A stretch of DNA of 64,000 nucleotides, taken from NCBI GenBank assembly GCA_051530055.1, contig CM121342.1:11795480-11859479 (forward strand). Reading direction: 5' to 3'. Made by a program: the position numbers and the translations under genes. This document shows, one piece after another, positions 38,108 through 49,403 of the stretch. A model generated the notes under the pieces. The model was not told the origin of the DNA. It ran no database searches and worked only from the letters and a program-made list of their open reading frames with translations. The first letter of the stretch is position 1. The number at the start of each line of letters is the position of its first letter. This DNA is from Neoechinorhynchus agilis. Its lineage: Eukaryota > Animalia > Acanthocephala.

Positions 38108-38378
38108 TTTTACTAATTTCCGGCATACAATTTATGGACTTTTATTATGCAACGTTGCCGTGGAGATAGAATAATATAGCGGACAACGGAATCACTTATG
38201 TTCTTGCAATTGAGTTATTTTTGTCGGTTGGAATAAATTCGTTCAGTTCTTTTACTTTCGAAACTTAAATGCCAATTATTCTGCTATTTCAGAACTACTC
38301 ACGTTCCACAATTAATACATACTTTCGTTTGGTGTCTTGAATTATTATCTTCGTGGGAAAAGATACTTTTTGTAGTAA

Positions 38379-40847
38379 TACCACCCCGGATTTAAAAACG
38401 ACTAATTTATTACCGATATTTCGTCAGATAATTCCAACATTTTCAAGGCCAACCATTGTTTCGCAAGTCAGTTAGCACCCATGTAGTAGCGGAAGCTTTG
38501 AAATTCCGTCTCTTCCCGTACAAGACAGGACGCCCACTCAAATTTTAGAGTTACAAAAGGCCATCTCATCTTTTGCAAATGGTTCGGGTCACGGGCTTGA
38601 CGGGCTAAGGCCTCAGCACCTAAAGGACATGATGTCCTTTTCAACTGGTGAAGCAGCTCTCTCTCTAGAAAGTGCGCTTTCTCGAATAGTCGACCGCCTG
38701 ACTGGAGAGGACCTGAACCCCGTTGCAAAAGACCTATTTTTCGGAGCATCATTATGTGCTCTCACAAAAAAGAAGGTGGGATTCGTCCCATCGCCGTATC
38801 TTCGACGATACGCCGACTTGCAGGAAAAATTCTCTGCAAACGTATTACAGAGAAAACCGGGCAGCAACTTCGTCCAGTCCAACTGGGCTGCTGCACATCC
38901 TGCGGGGCGGAAGCTATCGTCCACTCGCTCCGAAACTTTGCTACGAGTAGCTCAGCGCCGTGCGTGATTCTTAAGTGCGATTTTCGGAACGCCTTTAACT
39001 CTCTTAATAGAGAAAGCATGTTCCGCGCAATTAGGGATCACGCACCAGAAGCCTTCCAGTATTTTCTCAATGCCTACGGGACGGCGATTCCTTTGCTTTT
39101 CGAAGACCACCTCATTTGGTCCGAAAGAGGAGTGCAGCAAGGAGATCCCCTCGGTCCAATCGGATTCTCCCTAACAGTAAACCCAATAGCGCATTCTCTC
39201 CATTCCAGCTTCAACGCTTGGTACTTGGATGACGCTACGCTCGGAGGTGATCCCTCCGTTGTACTGCGCGATTTGGAGACGCTGATTAGGGAGACCTCGA
39301 AGATGGGCATTGAGCTTAATGCTGGAAAATGTGAGCTCCTTGTACTAAATATTGGAGACGCCGCTAAAGTCAAAGAAGTAATGGCTGGGTTCGAGGCCGT
39401 AGCTCCAGGTCTGAAACTCGTGACTCGGGAACAACTCAGCCTCTTGGGCAGTTGTGTCTTCGATTCAAATGTGGAAGATGAGATCGGCCATATCATACCG
39501 AAACTTTCGTTGCTGTGCGATAGGGTGTGCGCTCTCTCGGCTCATGAAGCCTTGTTTCTCATAAAGAACGCGCTCTTCATCCCCAAATTATTGTACAAGG
39601 TTCGCACAGCAACATTTTTCAAACACAAAGAAGGATTGGCAAAGCTGGACAATAAGGTGAGGGCTTGCCTCGAGCGTATTTTAAATGTCCAGCTCTCAGA
39701 TGAGGCGTGGCGACAAGCTTCTTTGCCTGTGTCATCTGGGGGATTGGGAATTCGGGCACTAGTCGACCTTGCTTTGCCGGCCTTTCTTGGATCGTTTGAG
39801 GGGAGCCTACCAGTCTCGAAGAACATTTTGAAAGAAAAGTTTTGTCTTGACCGGGATTTCGTGGTGGCGGTTGAGGAATGGTGCCAGCAGACAGGCGCTA
39901 ACCAAGTTCCCGTGAATGGCCTCAGACAGTCGATCTGGGACGGACCTCTTGTCGCGAGAGCTCACAGCTCTCTTCTTTCAGGTTCTCGCGATGGGGTCGT
40001 CCGAGCTAGACTGTTGGCAGTTTCAACACGAGAATCTGGGGCGTGGTTGGAGGCTGTTCCTCTGGCATCTGTGGGAACTCTTCTTACTGACGAGGTGACG
40101 AGGATCGCAGTATCCTTAAGACTCGGTCTCCCGATATGCACGCCCCATCGCTGTCGATGTGGGTCTTTGGTTGATGCTTTCGGGCGACACGGTCTCGTCT
40201 GCAGAAGGTCAGCAGGAAGGTTTTCACGCCATTCTGAAATCAATAACGTAATTTCTCGGGCGTTGAGAACGGCGAACTTCCCGAACATCCTGGAACCCGC
40301 CCACCTCTGCAGACTAGACGGCCGTAGGCCCGATGGAATTTCGGTCTTCCCGTGGCGGGAGGGCAAATGCCTTCTCTGGGACGCCACGTGTGTGGACACC
40401 CTCGCAGCCAGCAACATCCCCTACTCCCTCGAAATCGCCGGTGGTGCCGCCAGTGCAGCGGAAGGGAGGAAGGTACGAAAATATATGCAGCTATCGAGGG
40501 CTCACTATTTTGTCCCCTTTGGGGTAGAGACGTATGGAGCGCTCGGCAGCTCGGCACTCTCTCTGCTCAAGGATCTCTCGAAGAAATTGAGAGAGGCAAC
40601 CGGAGACTCAAGAGCAGGCTTATTTCTTCGACAAAATATCTCGCTGGCAGTACAACGGGGCAATGCTGCCAGCGTGATGGCGACGGTCGAGGAAGGACAA
40701 AAGCTGGAATTTGGTGGGAGGTGGTGAATGTAAAGAAAAGTAAACTTCAAAAAATTTACTCAAAAGTTTGTTGATTAAAAGTTTACTTGCAGAATTATCA
40801 GACGAAACATCGGTAATAAATTAGTCCTTTTTAAATCCGGGGCGGTA
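38379..40847. repeat. Foldback element split by the CRE insertion (arms 38379-38434 and 40792-40847)
   Basis: The arms are reverse complements. The uninterrupted version is at 58378-58551. Confidence 0.8.
38474..40768 (+). mobile_element. CRE-clade non-LTR retrotransposon, 5'-truncated, with an uninterrupted 657-aa RT-CCHC-RLE ORF (38754-40727)
   Basis: GGIRPIAV, CDFRNAFNSLNR, GVQQGDPLGP, WYLDD, CRCG...HGLVC, RHSEIN, RRPDG...WDATC, FVPFGVETYG. Empty site present at 58469-58472. Confidence 0.93.
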
Positions 40848-41112
40848 TATCTAACAAAAGAAAATGCCTTAGCTTCAATGAAAGTTTCGTAGGCGGTAAG
40901 GCCGATAACAATCTCAAAAATACAAGAACTTTTATCTTGTCAAACGTGTTAACTTTGAACTTTTTGCGTTCGATTTCCAATATTTTTTGTCGCTTCTTGT
41001 TCCCAATCGCGAATAAACTGAGGTAAGAATTAAAAATTAAGCATTTTTCGAATTAAATTGTTCTTGGCCGATCTATCGATCGGCCGTAATTGCCACAAAA
41101 ATGTTTCTATAG

Positions 41113-43715
41113 TAACGAAAACCGCACAACGGGACTATTGAATTTGAGAACTGACCATGGAATCGTCTTCGTGTTATAAGAAAAACTACTTCTTGAACGA
41201 TAGGATGAATATAATCTTCAGACATGCCAAGGATACCGTAAAGAAGATTGCATCTATGCTGACTTGTGAAATAGGCGAGATTGAGGTTACTACCTGATTT
41301 CTTATCGGTTTATAAGCAATAATCGCTTAAAGGGCTTGTCAGAAGTGCACGGGTCAAATGACCTTGGACGACTGCAGGAGTATATGTTGCGTTCAGTTCA
41401 AAATATAAAGGCGTTAGATAAGGAAATGCGCGTTAGTCCGTATTTGTCAAATCCCGTCAGAACTAAAATGATAATAGGAACTTAACATTATTAACGACGA
41501 TTTAATTGAAAAAGTTAATGAACATGTGACGAACAAACTAAGCCCGATTTCTATCAAACAAACTAAAGATAATACCGCTTTGAAAGAGATTAAAGAGGTG
41601 CAATCGACAACTAACCTTGGTACTGGTGATAGAATTGTTTCAAATAAATACGAAAAGGTATAAGAAAATACCTTTAAATAAAAAAGGGCCTTAATTGTGC
41701 TAATCTTCTGAACTCGATACATGATAAAAACGAAAACGTTTTTAAGCATGATATCCTTTTAAATAATTTAGAGGGGCGCAAAACACGCTAGTCAAATTAA
41801 CGAGCTTATGATTGTATTTTTTGGATCGTAGCTCAAATGTAGCCGGACCAATAGAATCAATAGCGAAAATATTTTGAATAAGCAGTTTGTTACGATTTTT
41901 TTACGACGTGCATTCATCACATTTGGAAGTGTGCCTCACTCTTAGTCGCACCGTTTTCAAATAAGCTTGGCACCATTCATAAAAAATTGATAGTACAAGT
42001 ATAAAAAAGTCAATCAGATAGAGGTTAAAAAACGAAAATTTTTGAACCTGTAATCATTATCCTTTTGCTTCTGATTTGATAAGAATAACCAAACTAAGTT
42101 CAAAGTTAAGAGATCAAAAGACACAAAATCGAATTCGCCTTGAGTATTTTGTGAATTATAAAACCGTGGCGACACACTATATTGAACTTTCCTATAATTC
42201 CCACTCTTTGTAGTTACGCGAACTTGAATCTATCGAAAGGCCAGACCTTGTCCAATACGAAAACATAGTAAAGGATCGGATAAGACTATTAGAGGTTAGC
42301 ACTGAATTGAAGGATAGAATTTTCTTCTAACGCAGGGAATCAGGACATAGGAAAACAACAGGTTGAAATTTTAAACGTTGGGCGTGGTAGCCCATCTGAA
42401 GCAGTAAAGATGATGAAGGATCAGCTTTGTTCAGTTTTAAGAAAGAGAAGTCTGTTGGAAAACGAGTTGAAGAAGGGATTTAAAACTCGAAAATATTTGT
42501 TAGATGTATCAGACAAACTGTCACAGAATGAAAAACAGTACAATCATAAATGTGTGAAATATATCAAGTGAGTTTAGAATCCAAGTTTTTTATTTTGAAC
42601 ACCGTTGTCATTTTAGCGACTTGTACAGTTACATTGCGACGAAAAATGCTTGCTCAGGGAGAGCAAATGATTTGCACTTTATTGAACGAAATATTAAGAA
42701 ATATGATGAAGTTAAAAGCTTGGCTAAACGGGTAACGTCTCTCAGAGAAAAGAGTTTATTACTCGCGTCAGATAAATTTTGGCGAAATAATCAAACTTTC
42801 AAAATGTCGATATGTGAGGTTCGAAGGTCTATGATTAGACTTATTGTATAGGCTTTCACCCGGTAAATAATTTTTTATTGAAAACGTTCTGCGAATCTCG
42901 TCGGGTTCAACAAACTGATGGTGAACCCGACGGGGTTCGAAACTTTTTTAATAAAAACTTATTTACCGGGTGAATACCTAAACAATAAGTCTAATAAAAC
43001 TTTATATATCATACATAGGCATGCATAATTTGTGTCACTCGGATAAATATGGTTCCGATTTTGAGAAAAATCCATGAATTTGCGGAATAGGTCCAATTTC
43101 AGAGTTCATTACTTTTCCACTGTTCAGGTGATACTCATCAACACTTCTTAGATTGACATTACAATAAATTGCTTATTTGTAAACTGATCCCGTGTGATTT
43201 ACAGCAATTTCACCTTATAACAAAAAATTTTTCATTATAATTAAATCTCTCGCAATTAAAACAAGTATCAAATTTAGCTGATGAACCGACAATGTAAACA
43301 ATCTGTAAAAAGAATTATTAAGAAATCTGTTCTACTTCAATCAAAAAAATCGGAACTTGTGGCGGCATTTAGAGAACCCTCAGAAAAAGAACTTAAGAAG
43401 CAGAATAAACATGCGAAGGAAGTACTTTTGGAGCAGACTTTGGAATACCAAAAGTTGATAAATCCTGACTATAGTGTCAGAGGTGCCGTTCTTGATAAGG
43501 AGAAATGGACAGGCGAGGCTGTAAAAGAGAAGGATTTCGTTCCTGATCCTCTGGTGGACATAAGAGCTCGACCGTTGTTGTGTTCGCAATACTTTTCGAT
43601 AGACGGAATGAGTGAAATAATAAGACATGATATACCGATGTGCGCTGGTGGTATTGGCAGCGAAGAGAAACGTAAAAAAATTGTGGAACAATACGATAAT
43701 CTTTTAAAGGAATAA
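41113..43715 (+). CDS. Unidentified spliced gene, probably coiled-coil rich; the 144-aa ORF at 43281-43715 may be its last exon
   Basis: Open exons (ELNIINDDLIEKVNEHV..., LRELESIERPDLVQYENIVKDRIRLLE, NQDIGKQQVEILNV..., DLYSYIATKNAC...) bounded by GT/AG with 40-60-bp introns. TTAG acceptor just before 43279. Confidence 0.5.
42834..42995. repeat. Foldback element of the 4365 family with a degenerate hammerhead core
   Basis: Inverted arms ATTAGACTTATTG...CACCCGGTAAATAA / TTATTTACCGGGTG...CAATAAGTCTAAT. Centre CTGATGG-T-GAACCC gacg GGGTTC-GAAAC. Confidence 0.8.
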
Positions 43716-43747
43716 ATATACTTTTTCCAAGTGTTAAAGTGAACATA

Positions 43748-44008
43748 CCTTACACGGCTGTCAGGGCCGTGATCCAATCACTTAGGCAATGAACCATACG
43801 GTTAAGACCTCAGACACCTGATGATGAGGCAGGACTCATCAGTAAGTTTCCTCCCTTCAGCACTATTTCGCCTCCATTGGTTATGAGTCACAGGTGATAA
43901 ATGATTTTGAGCCTTATGAGCCTGAAACAGGTATTCGTGAATCAAGTCCACTAGACAACCTCGATACAACTACGGAATGTACAAATTCTGCTTGTTTTAT
44001 ACCTTGGC
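43748..44008 (-). mobile_element. Pol III/hammerhead element, copy B
   Basis: TATAAAA (43995-44001), TTTGTACATTCCGTAG, A-box-like TTGTCTAGTGG, hammerhead segments at 43809-43875 with a GUC triplet. Confidence 0.75.
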
Positions 44009-44231
44009 AAAAGTATTCAATTATTTTATATCATGTCTGGTTAGTCGGTTACATTTTATTATAAGTGTTTAGAACATCTTTTACTCACCTTTTTCCTTTT
44101 AGGCACACATTCAACCGATATCTTGCGCCAGGGAAGTGATCGACTAACTTAAACTTTGAACCTTACGGCAATGAGTTTGTACATCCCTCAGAATCCTCAG
44201 ATATCTTCATTGGAATAAATGTAACCAGCTA

Positions 44232-44525
44232 GCCAGGTATAAAACCGGCAAATTTTGTACATTCCGTAGTTGTATCGAGGTGGTTTATTGGACTTGAGCC
44301 CAATTCCTTGTTCCATGGTCTAAGAGTTAAAAATCCATGATCGCCGATGACTCATAACCAAAGGCGACAAAATGCCGTTGAAGGGAGGCGGAAACTCACT
44401 GATGAATCCTGCCTTCTCGCGACGTATTTGAGGTTCCTGAGGATGTACAAACTCATTGTCGTAGGGTCCAAAGTATAAGTGATTCAATCACTTCCCTGAT
44501 GCGATATATCGGTTGGCTGTGTGCC
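44232..44525 (+). mobile_element. Pol III/hammerhead element, copy C (degenerate core)
   Basis: TATAAAA 44238-44244, degenerate A/B boxes, CTGATGA 44399-44405, GAAA mutated to AAAA. Confidence 0.75.
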
Positions 44526-45270
44526 AAAGGAAATCAGCCGCAACACCTAGCGAAAAAATGTTGCCGGATAGCCAGACCAAAGACAAAATAAATATACTTT
44601 CATTTTATTCGGTATGTTCCTCTTCGTTCCTTTTCAACAATAAGAAATTCGATGATTGAATTAGAGATTGGTACTCAAAAAATATGAAAATTTGACACCT
44701 TAATAAACAAGCTTATTGATGGATTCTATGCGAATGCGTGCAGATCAAAAACTTGAATTTGCTAGTTAAGACTGAGACTCATGGGGATTTAGAACCAAAA
44801 CAAATATGGTCCCAAATCTAACGACCAATGTGGGTGATTCTTCGATTACGAATCAGACGGTGCAGTGAAGCGTATAAAGGAACTTTTGCGATATACAAAA
44901 TTATAGTCGGCGGATTGAAATTCCACTCTTCATCAAAAATCCCATTTGATTCCAACATTACTTTTCGCAAGAATGCGTAAATCGTTACAAAGAATAACCG
45001 CTAACAACTCGATCGCTTTGAGAGTGAAATACTCTGTCCTTGGCCTACGACTTTCATCGTTTTTAATAGAATCCAGAAAAGATCTCCTCATTTAATCTCA
45101 ACATAATCTTTAAGCGGATTAAATTCACGCTTATTTTCCATGGGATAAAAGCTCAAGAAAAAGAGATATCCTAGCGACTGAAAGCGCCACTCACATATTT
45201 AAAAACTTACAAGCGGCGGACGTAACTATGACTTTCCCTAAAACTACAAACAACGCTATTTAACTTTCGA

Positions 45271-48200
45271 AGTCTACAGTTAAATCTCATTCGCCGGGGA
45301 CACGTACTTTGTCCGCTTCAGATAATCTTCGTCAAAATGAGAACTAAAGGCAACAGCATTTTCAACAGCAAACAATCGACGACCCTGATGTAATCAATCA
45401 GTTGAGGATTCGTAATGCAAATGTGACCGACAATAGTTCAACAGCCCTTTATCCAACCTCAATCGTCATATCAACATAAAGCAATAACCGAGCAAAAATT
45501 AAGAGTCCGGAACATGTTAGCGGAGAGTGCAGAGCGGTATATGCAATATCTCAAGAACATGAACTCAAGTGCCTCGAATGCGAACTGGTGACGGTTGGTA
45601 AATCAAGAGTTAAATTATTTGTGGAACATCAGGCCATCATTCACCAACACGATTTTATCATCTTTACTTGCCCAGTCTGTGACGACTACCAATGTAATGA
45701 ATCAAGGTCAATGGGCAACCATCTCAAGAGGCGCCAACAGCGATTCCTGGACAAGACAAGCTCATAACATTGTGCATGGCGAAAGCGCTGCCGAAAAGCA
45801 AAACATGGCAACAATTCAATAAACGGGCTCTGGTAGCTCAGTCCTCTGCTCCGTCTATAGCCTCAAAATTTATGGTCTTGGGCAATTCAATTATGTTCTC
45901 GACCATCTTAAAGACGTCCATCAATGTACGGATATTGAATTCGATTGCTACAATTGCTTCATTGTGTAAAGAATTACGTCAGAGGATCTCCTATTCTAAA
46001 AATCTGTACTCAAAATTGGTCAACTGCCTGATCTACAACAAACCGACCGGTCTTTAAAACGATTGCCAGGCCTTTTGGATGAAGCTTTTCTTTCACAACA
46101 TTCGCCAAACACGATATGCCGCAAAAATGATGATTTGAACGATTTAGCTGAGAAGAACGCGCAGGTGACTCTAGAAAGCACTGACGACAGAGTGATTATA
46201 TCTTATCACCTACCATATAAACCTATGTGCAATAACGCTCGATACAATGGTGATACATCAACCTTCGAAGTTACCACAATCGAACCTACCTCAACTTCGA
46301 TATCTACCTCAGGAACTTGTAAAATGAGTGAGCGCGTAAACCTGTATCAGGTGAATATACCCCGTGCGTTTTCAGCAAAGGAGAGACACGAATTTCTTTT
46401 GAACTGTCTTCAACGACCGGATATACATCCACGCTATCGTTTTTTTCTGAAGAATGAGTCTGAAGAGCTACGCGACCATGCTGGTCCAATGAATTAGGAA
46501 TTTATCGAATCAATGAGTGCGCGATATCTGTCGTATTTGAAATGCAGGCGACAAGGTTCTCCCGTATGCCCAACAGTCTTGGTCTAAAAATTATAAAGCT
46601 GAAGACCGCCTTTCACGTCCTCAAGAACCAAACACAATGGAGGAGAGTAAAAGACCGTATCTTGGATTCTGTTTCACTTCAGCGCGATTGGAGGACACGA
46701 ACTTTCAGCTCAATTCATTTTGTGGGCCGCAGCAAGTGCTTATCAATGCTATTTTGTCGTATATACTCCAAGCGACGATGTTCCAGTTCGAATTCGATCC
46801 CGCACATTCTCAAATTCATCATTCAACGTCTCGATCGATGATTCAGGCACTTATCCCTGCGAACGCTGTCGAGGGCGTAATTCAAACCAGTCATACGACC
46901 CTATTTAAAGACGATACCGCGCTCTTTATTTTGACAATACAAGTCGACTTGCCAACCTGATATTTAAGCCGGACGAAAACCGCCAGCCAACTATCGCACA
47001 ACCGAAATGTCTCGAACACTTACGTTCACTATTTGAAGATTTCCAAGACACGAATCCTACTTCTTTTGTCAATTCCGGTTCGCGTGATTTGCTTTCGTTG
47101 GAGGAATTATGGCCAGCTGTAACCGTAGAGGAAATACAAGCTACGATTCGTGGCATAAAGTCAAGCAGTTCCGTTGGTCCCGATAAGATATAACTTCGTA
47201 AAATTCGTGCCTTCGACAAGCACATTGTAGGCCTTACAGTTTTTTCAACTCCGTAATACAAGTTGGTTCCCCTCCAAAGTCCTGGTTTGAAAATAAGACT
47301 ATATTACTGCCCAAAAATGGGAATGACAATGAAGCTTTGAAGTCCATTTCCGGCTGAAGACCGATCACAATATCATCCATTCTCCTCCGTGGTATGCACC
47401 GTGCAATGCTGGAAAGACTAAGGCAATGCTGCAGTTTACACGACAGCCAGACTGCGTTCGAAAGCGCAGCACATGCAACTCAAACCTCCTCATATTGAAG
47501 GATTTGCTAAAAAGAAAAAGATCGGATGGAAAACCGATAGCACTGGTAGTGTTGGACATAAAATCTGCCTTCGAGTCAGTAAGCCATGATACAATAAACA
47601 ATGCACTAGTGTCACACAACTGTCCATCATACATGCGGCGGTATCTGATGGAAGTGTAAAGTACTTCATACACCAGGCTGCACCTCCTTAGCTCGAGACC
47701 CTCAGACTCAATTTGGTTTCATGGCGGCGTGAAACAACGGGGTCCACTCTCGCCCTTGGTTTTTGTTCTGTGCATTGACGATGTCTTGCGACGGGTCGAC
47801 AGGCCGGTGTTGGGGTGCTCAACAAGAAGCGGTCGCTTAAGCCAGCTAGTGTATTCGGGTGACATTCTATTACTTGCGGACAATTCTAGGGATCTGCAAC
47901 AAATGATTGATGCCATGAACGATAGACTTTCAAAGAAAGGATTTAATTTATCGCCAATTATTCCAACAACAAGCTAATCGACGAGACAAATCCGCACACT
48001 CACATGGGTGACGCTGACATTGACCCAATTATTGATGGCGATTCAATCAGATATCTTGGCCGTACACCTTGGAAACCGACCACTATTGAAGAGATGCAAA
48101 ATGCGATATCAACTGCTAGAGGTTGCATCAAACTTTTCAAGGATGGATGGAGAACGAAGTCGGACTTGTCATCACTGTATGGCACCAGAAAAAAAACGCA

Positions 48201-48660
48201 AATTAATGCCTTCAACCAAGGCCCGAAAAATACAACGAAAATGGTAGAGCGTCATGATGCGGCCCATGGGCGCTTTACGTGGGCTCTACAGAAGCGATGG
48301 GCTCTCGGTTGGAAATTCAGACCGAGAACCGTATCTACGACAACCAAGGTCGTTTCAATAAACCAGATCTCATACTAATAGTCCGGCAGCATAAAAGGTA
48401 AATATAATTGATCTTGCGGTTTACTACGAGACAACAAAAGATCGGGGTGAAAATATTATGGTTGAAAAAGAAGAGAAATACAAACCTATCGCGGAAAAAT
48501 TGCAACCCAATACGATTTGGAAAAGCATGATATAAAAACAGTCAGATTGGCAGTTGGAATACAAGGAACGTACACGTTGGAACTACTGAAAATATTACGC
48601 GTGTTCAACGTATCGGAAAAGACCGCGGTATTCGCATAAGAATACAATAATCGGAAAGCT
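45271..48660 (+). mobile_element. R2-like RLE non-LTR retrotransposon, near full length but degraded
   Basis: 28S-like leader, zinc fingers, RT motifs (LDIKSAFESVSH, GVKQRGPLSPLVF, YSGDILL), and RLE-like RHDAAH...DLAV region. Confidence 0.8.
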
Positions 48661-48664
48661 TATC

Positions 48665-48979
48665 CAGGCTAAAGTAGCGAAATTTGTACATTCCGCAGTT
48701 GCGCTGAGGTGGCCAAGTGGACTAATGCTCCTGATCCCATTTAGGGTCAACGGGTTCGAATCCGTTACCGCCGATCAAGTACAACCAAAAGGAACGAAAT
48801 ACTGCTGAAGGGCGGAAACTCACTGATGAGCCCCCCCTCCTAGAGGTAGTATCTGAGAATCCGGAGGGATGTACAAACTTATAACCGTAAGGTCTTAGGG
48901 TATTGAGCGCAGACCAGCGCTTCCCAAACCGAAATCGGTGGACCGTGTCTCCATTCGGCCGTGTATGGAGAGAAAAAAA
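48665..48979 (+). mobile_element. Pol III/hammerhead element, copy D (most complete): tRNA-like head, hammerhead, A-rich tail
   Basis: A box TGGCCAAGTGG 48710-48720, B box GGTTCGAATCC 48753-48763 in a perfect T-arm (AACGG/CCGTT), hammerhead 48791-48862, tail GTGTATGGAGAGAAAAAAA. Confidence 0.8.
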
Positions 48980-49403
48980 TCTATCAAAAGACTACCGGCT
49001 GAGCTACTCATAAGAATGCTATAGTCTTGCTCCCGCTTTGGCAATTATTTTCCTCGATGATTTGGAAAAGCAGTTCATCTTCCACATTTAACGCCGAGAC
49101 AGATTTATCTCCGCTATGTGGATGATGTTTTGTTCAACTACAGAGAGGATTGTGATGTCGATGAAATGGTGACGAGAATGAATTCTATGTATCCTACTGG
49201 TTGAATTAAACTGACGCGAGACAAACCGTCGGATTACTTGCCGTTCCTCAATTAGTGTTTCAAAGTTAAGGATGTCACTGATTTCAGTTGGTATTGCGAA
49301 ACTATCGAGATTTCCATCATCCTCTCGCAATGAAACAGACAATTTATGCCCAGGTGCACAGGATATGGCTGCTTTGCTAAACACGCCTATGGGTGCGAAT
49401 ATT

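Noticed and set aside
45271-45301. rRNA gene
   Set aside because: Only about 30 bp resemble 28S and no flanking rDNA is present.
48703-48770. Bona fide tRNA gene
   Set aside because: A and B boxes and the T-arm are good, but the acceptor stem does not pair and the anticodon loop is irregular. Treated as a tRNA-derived head.
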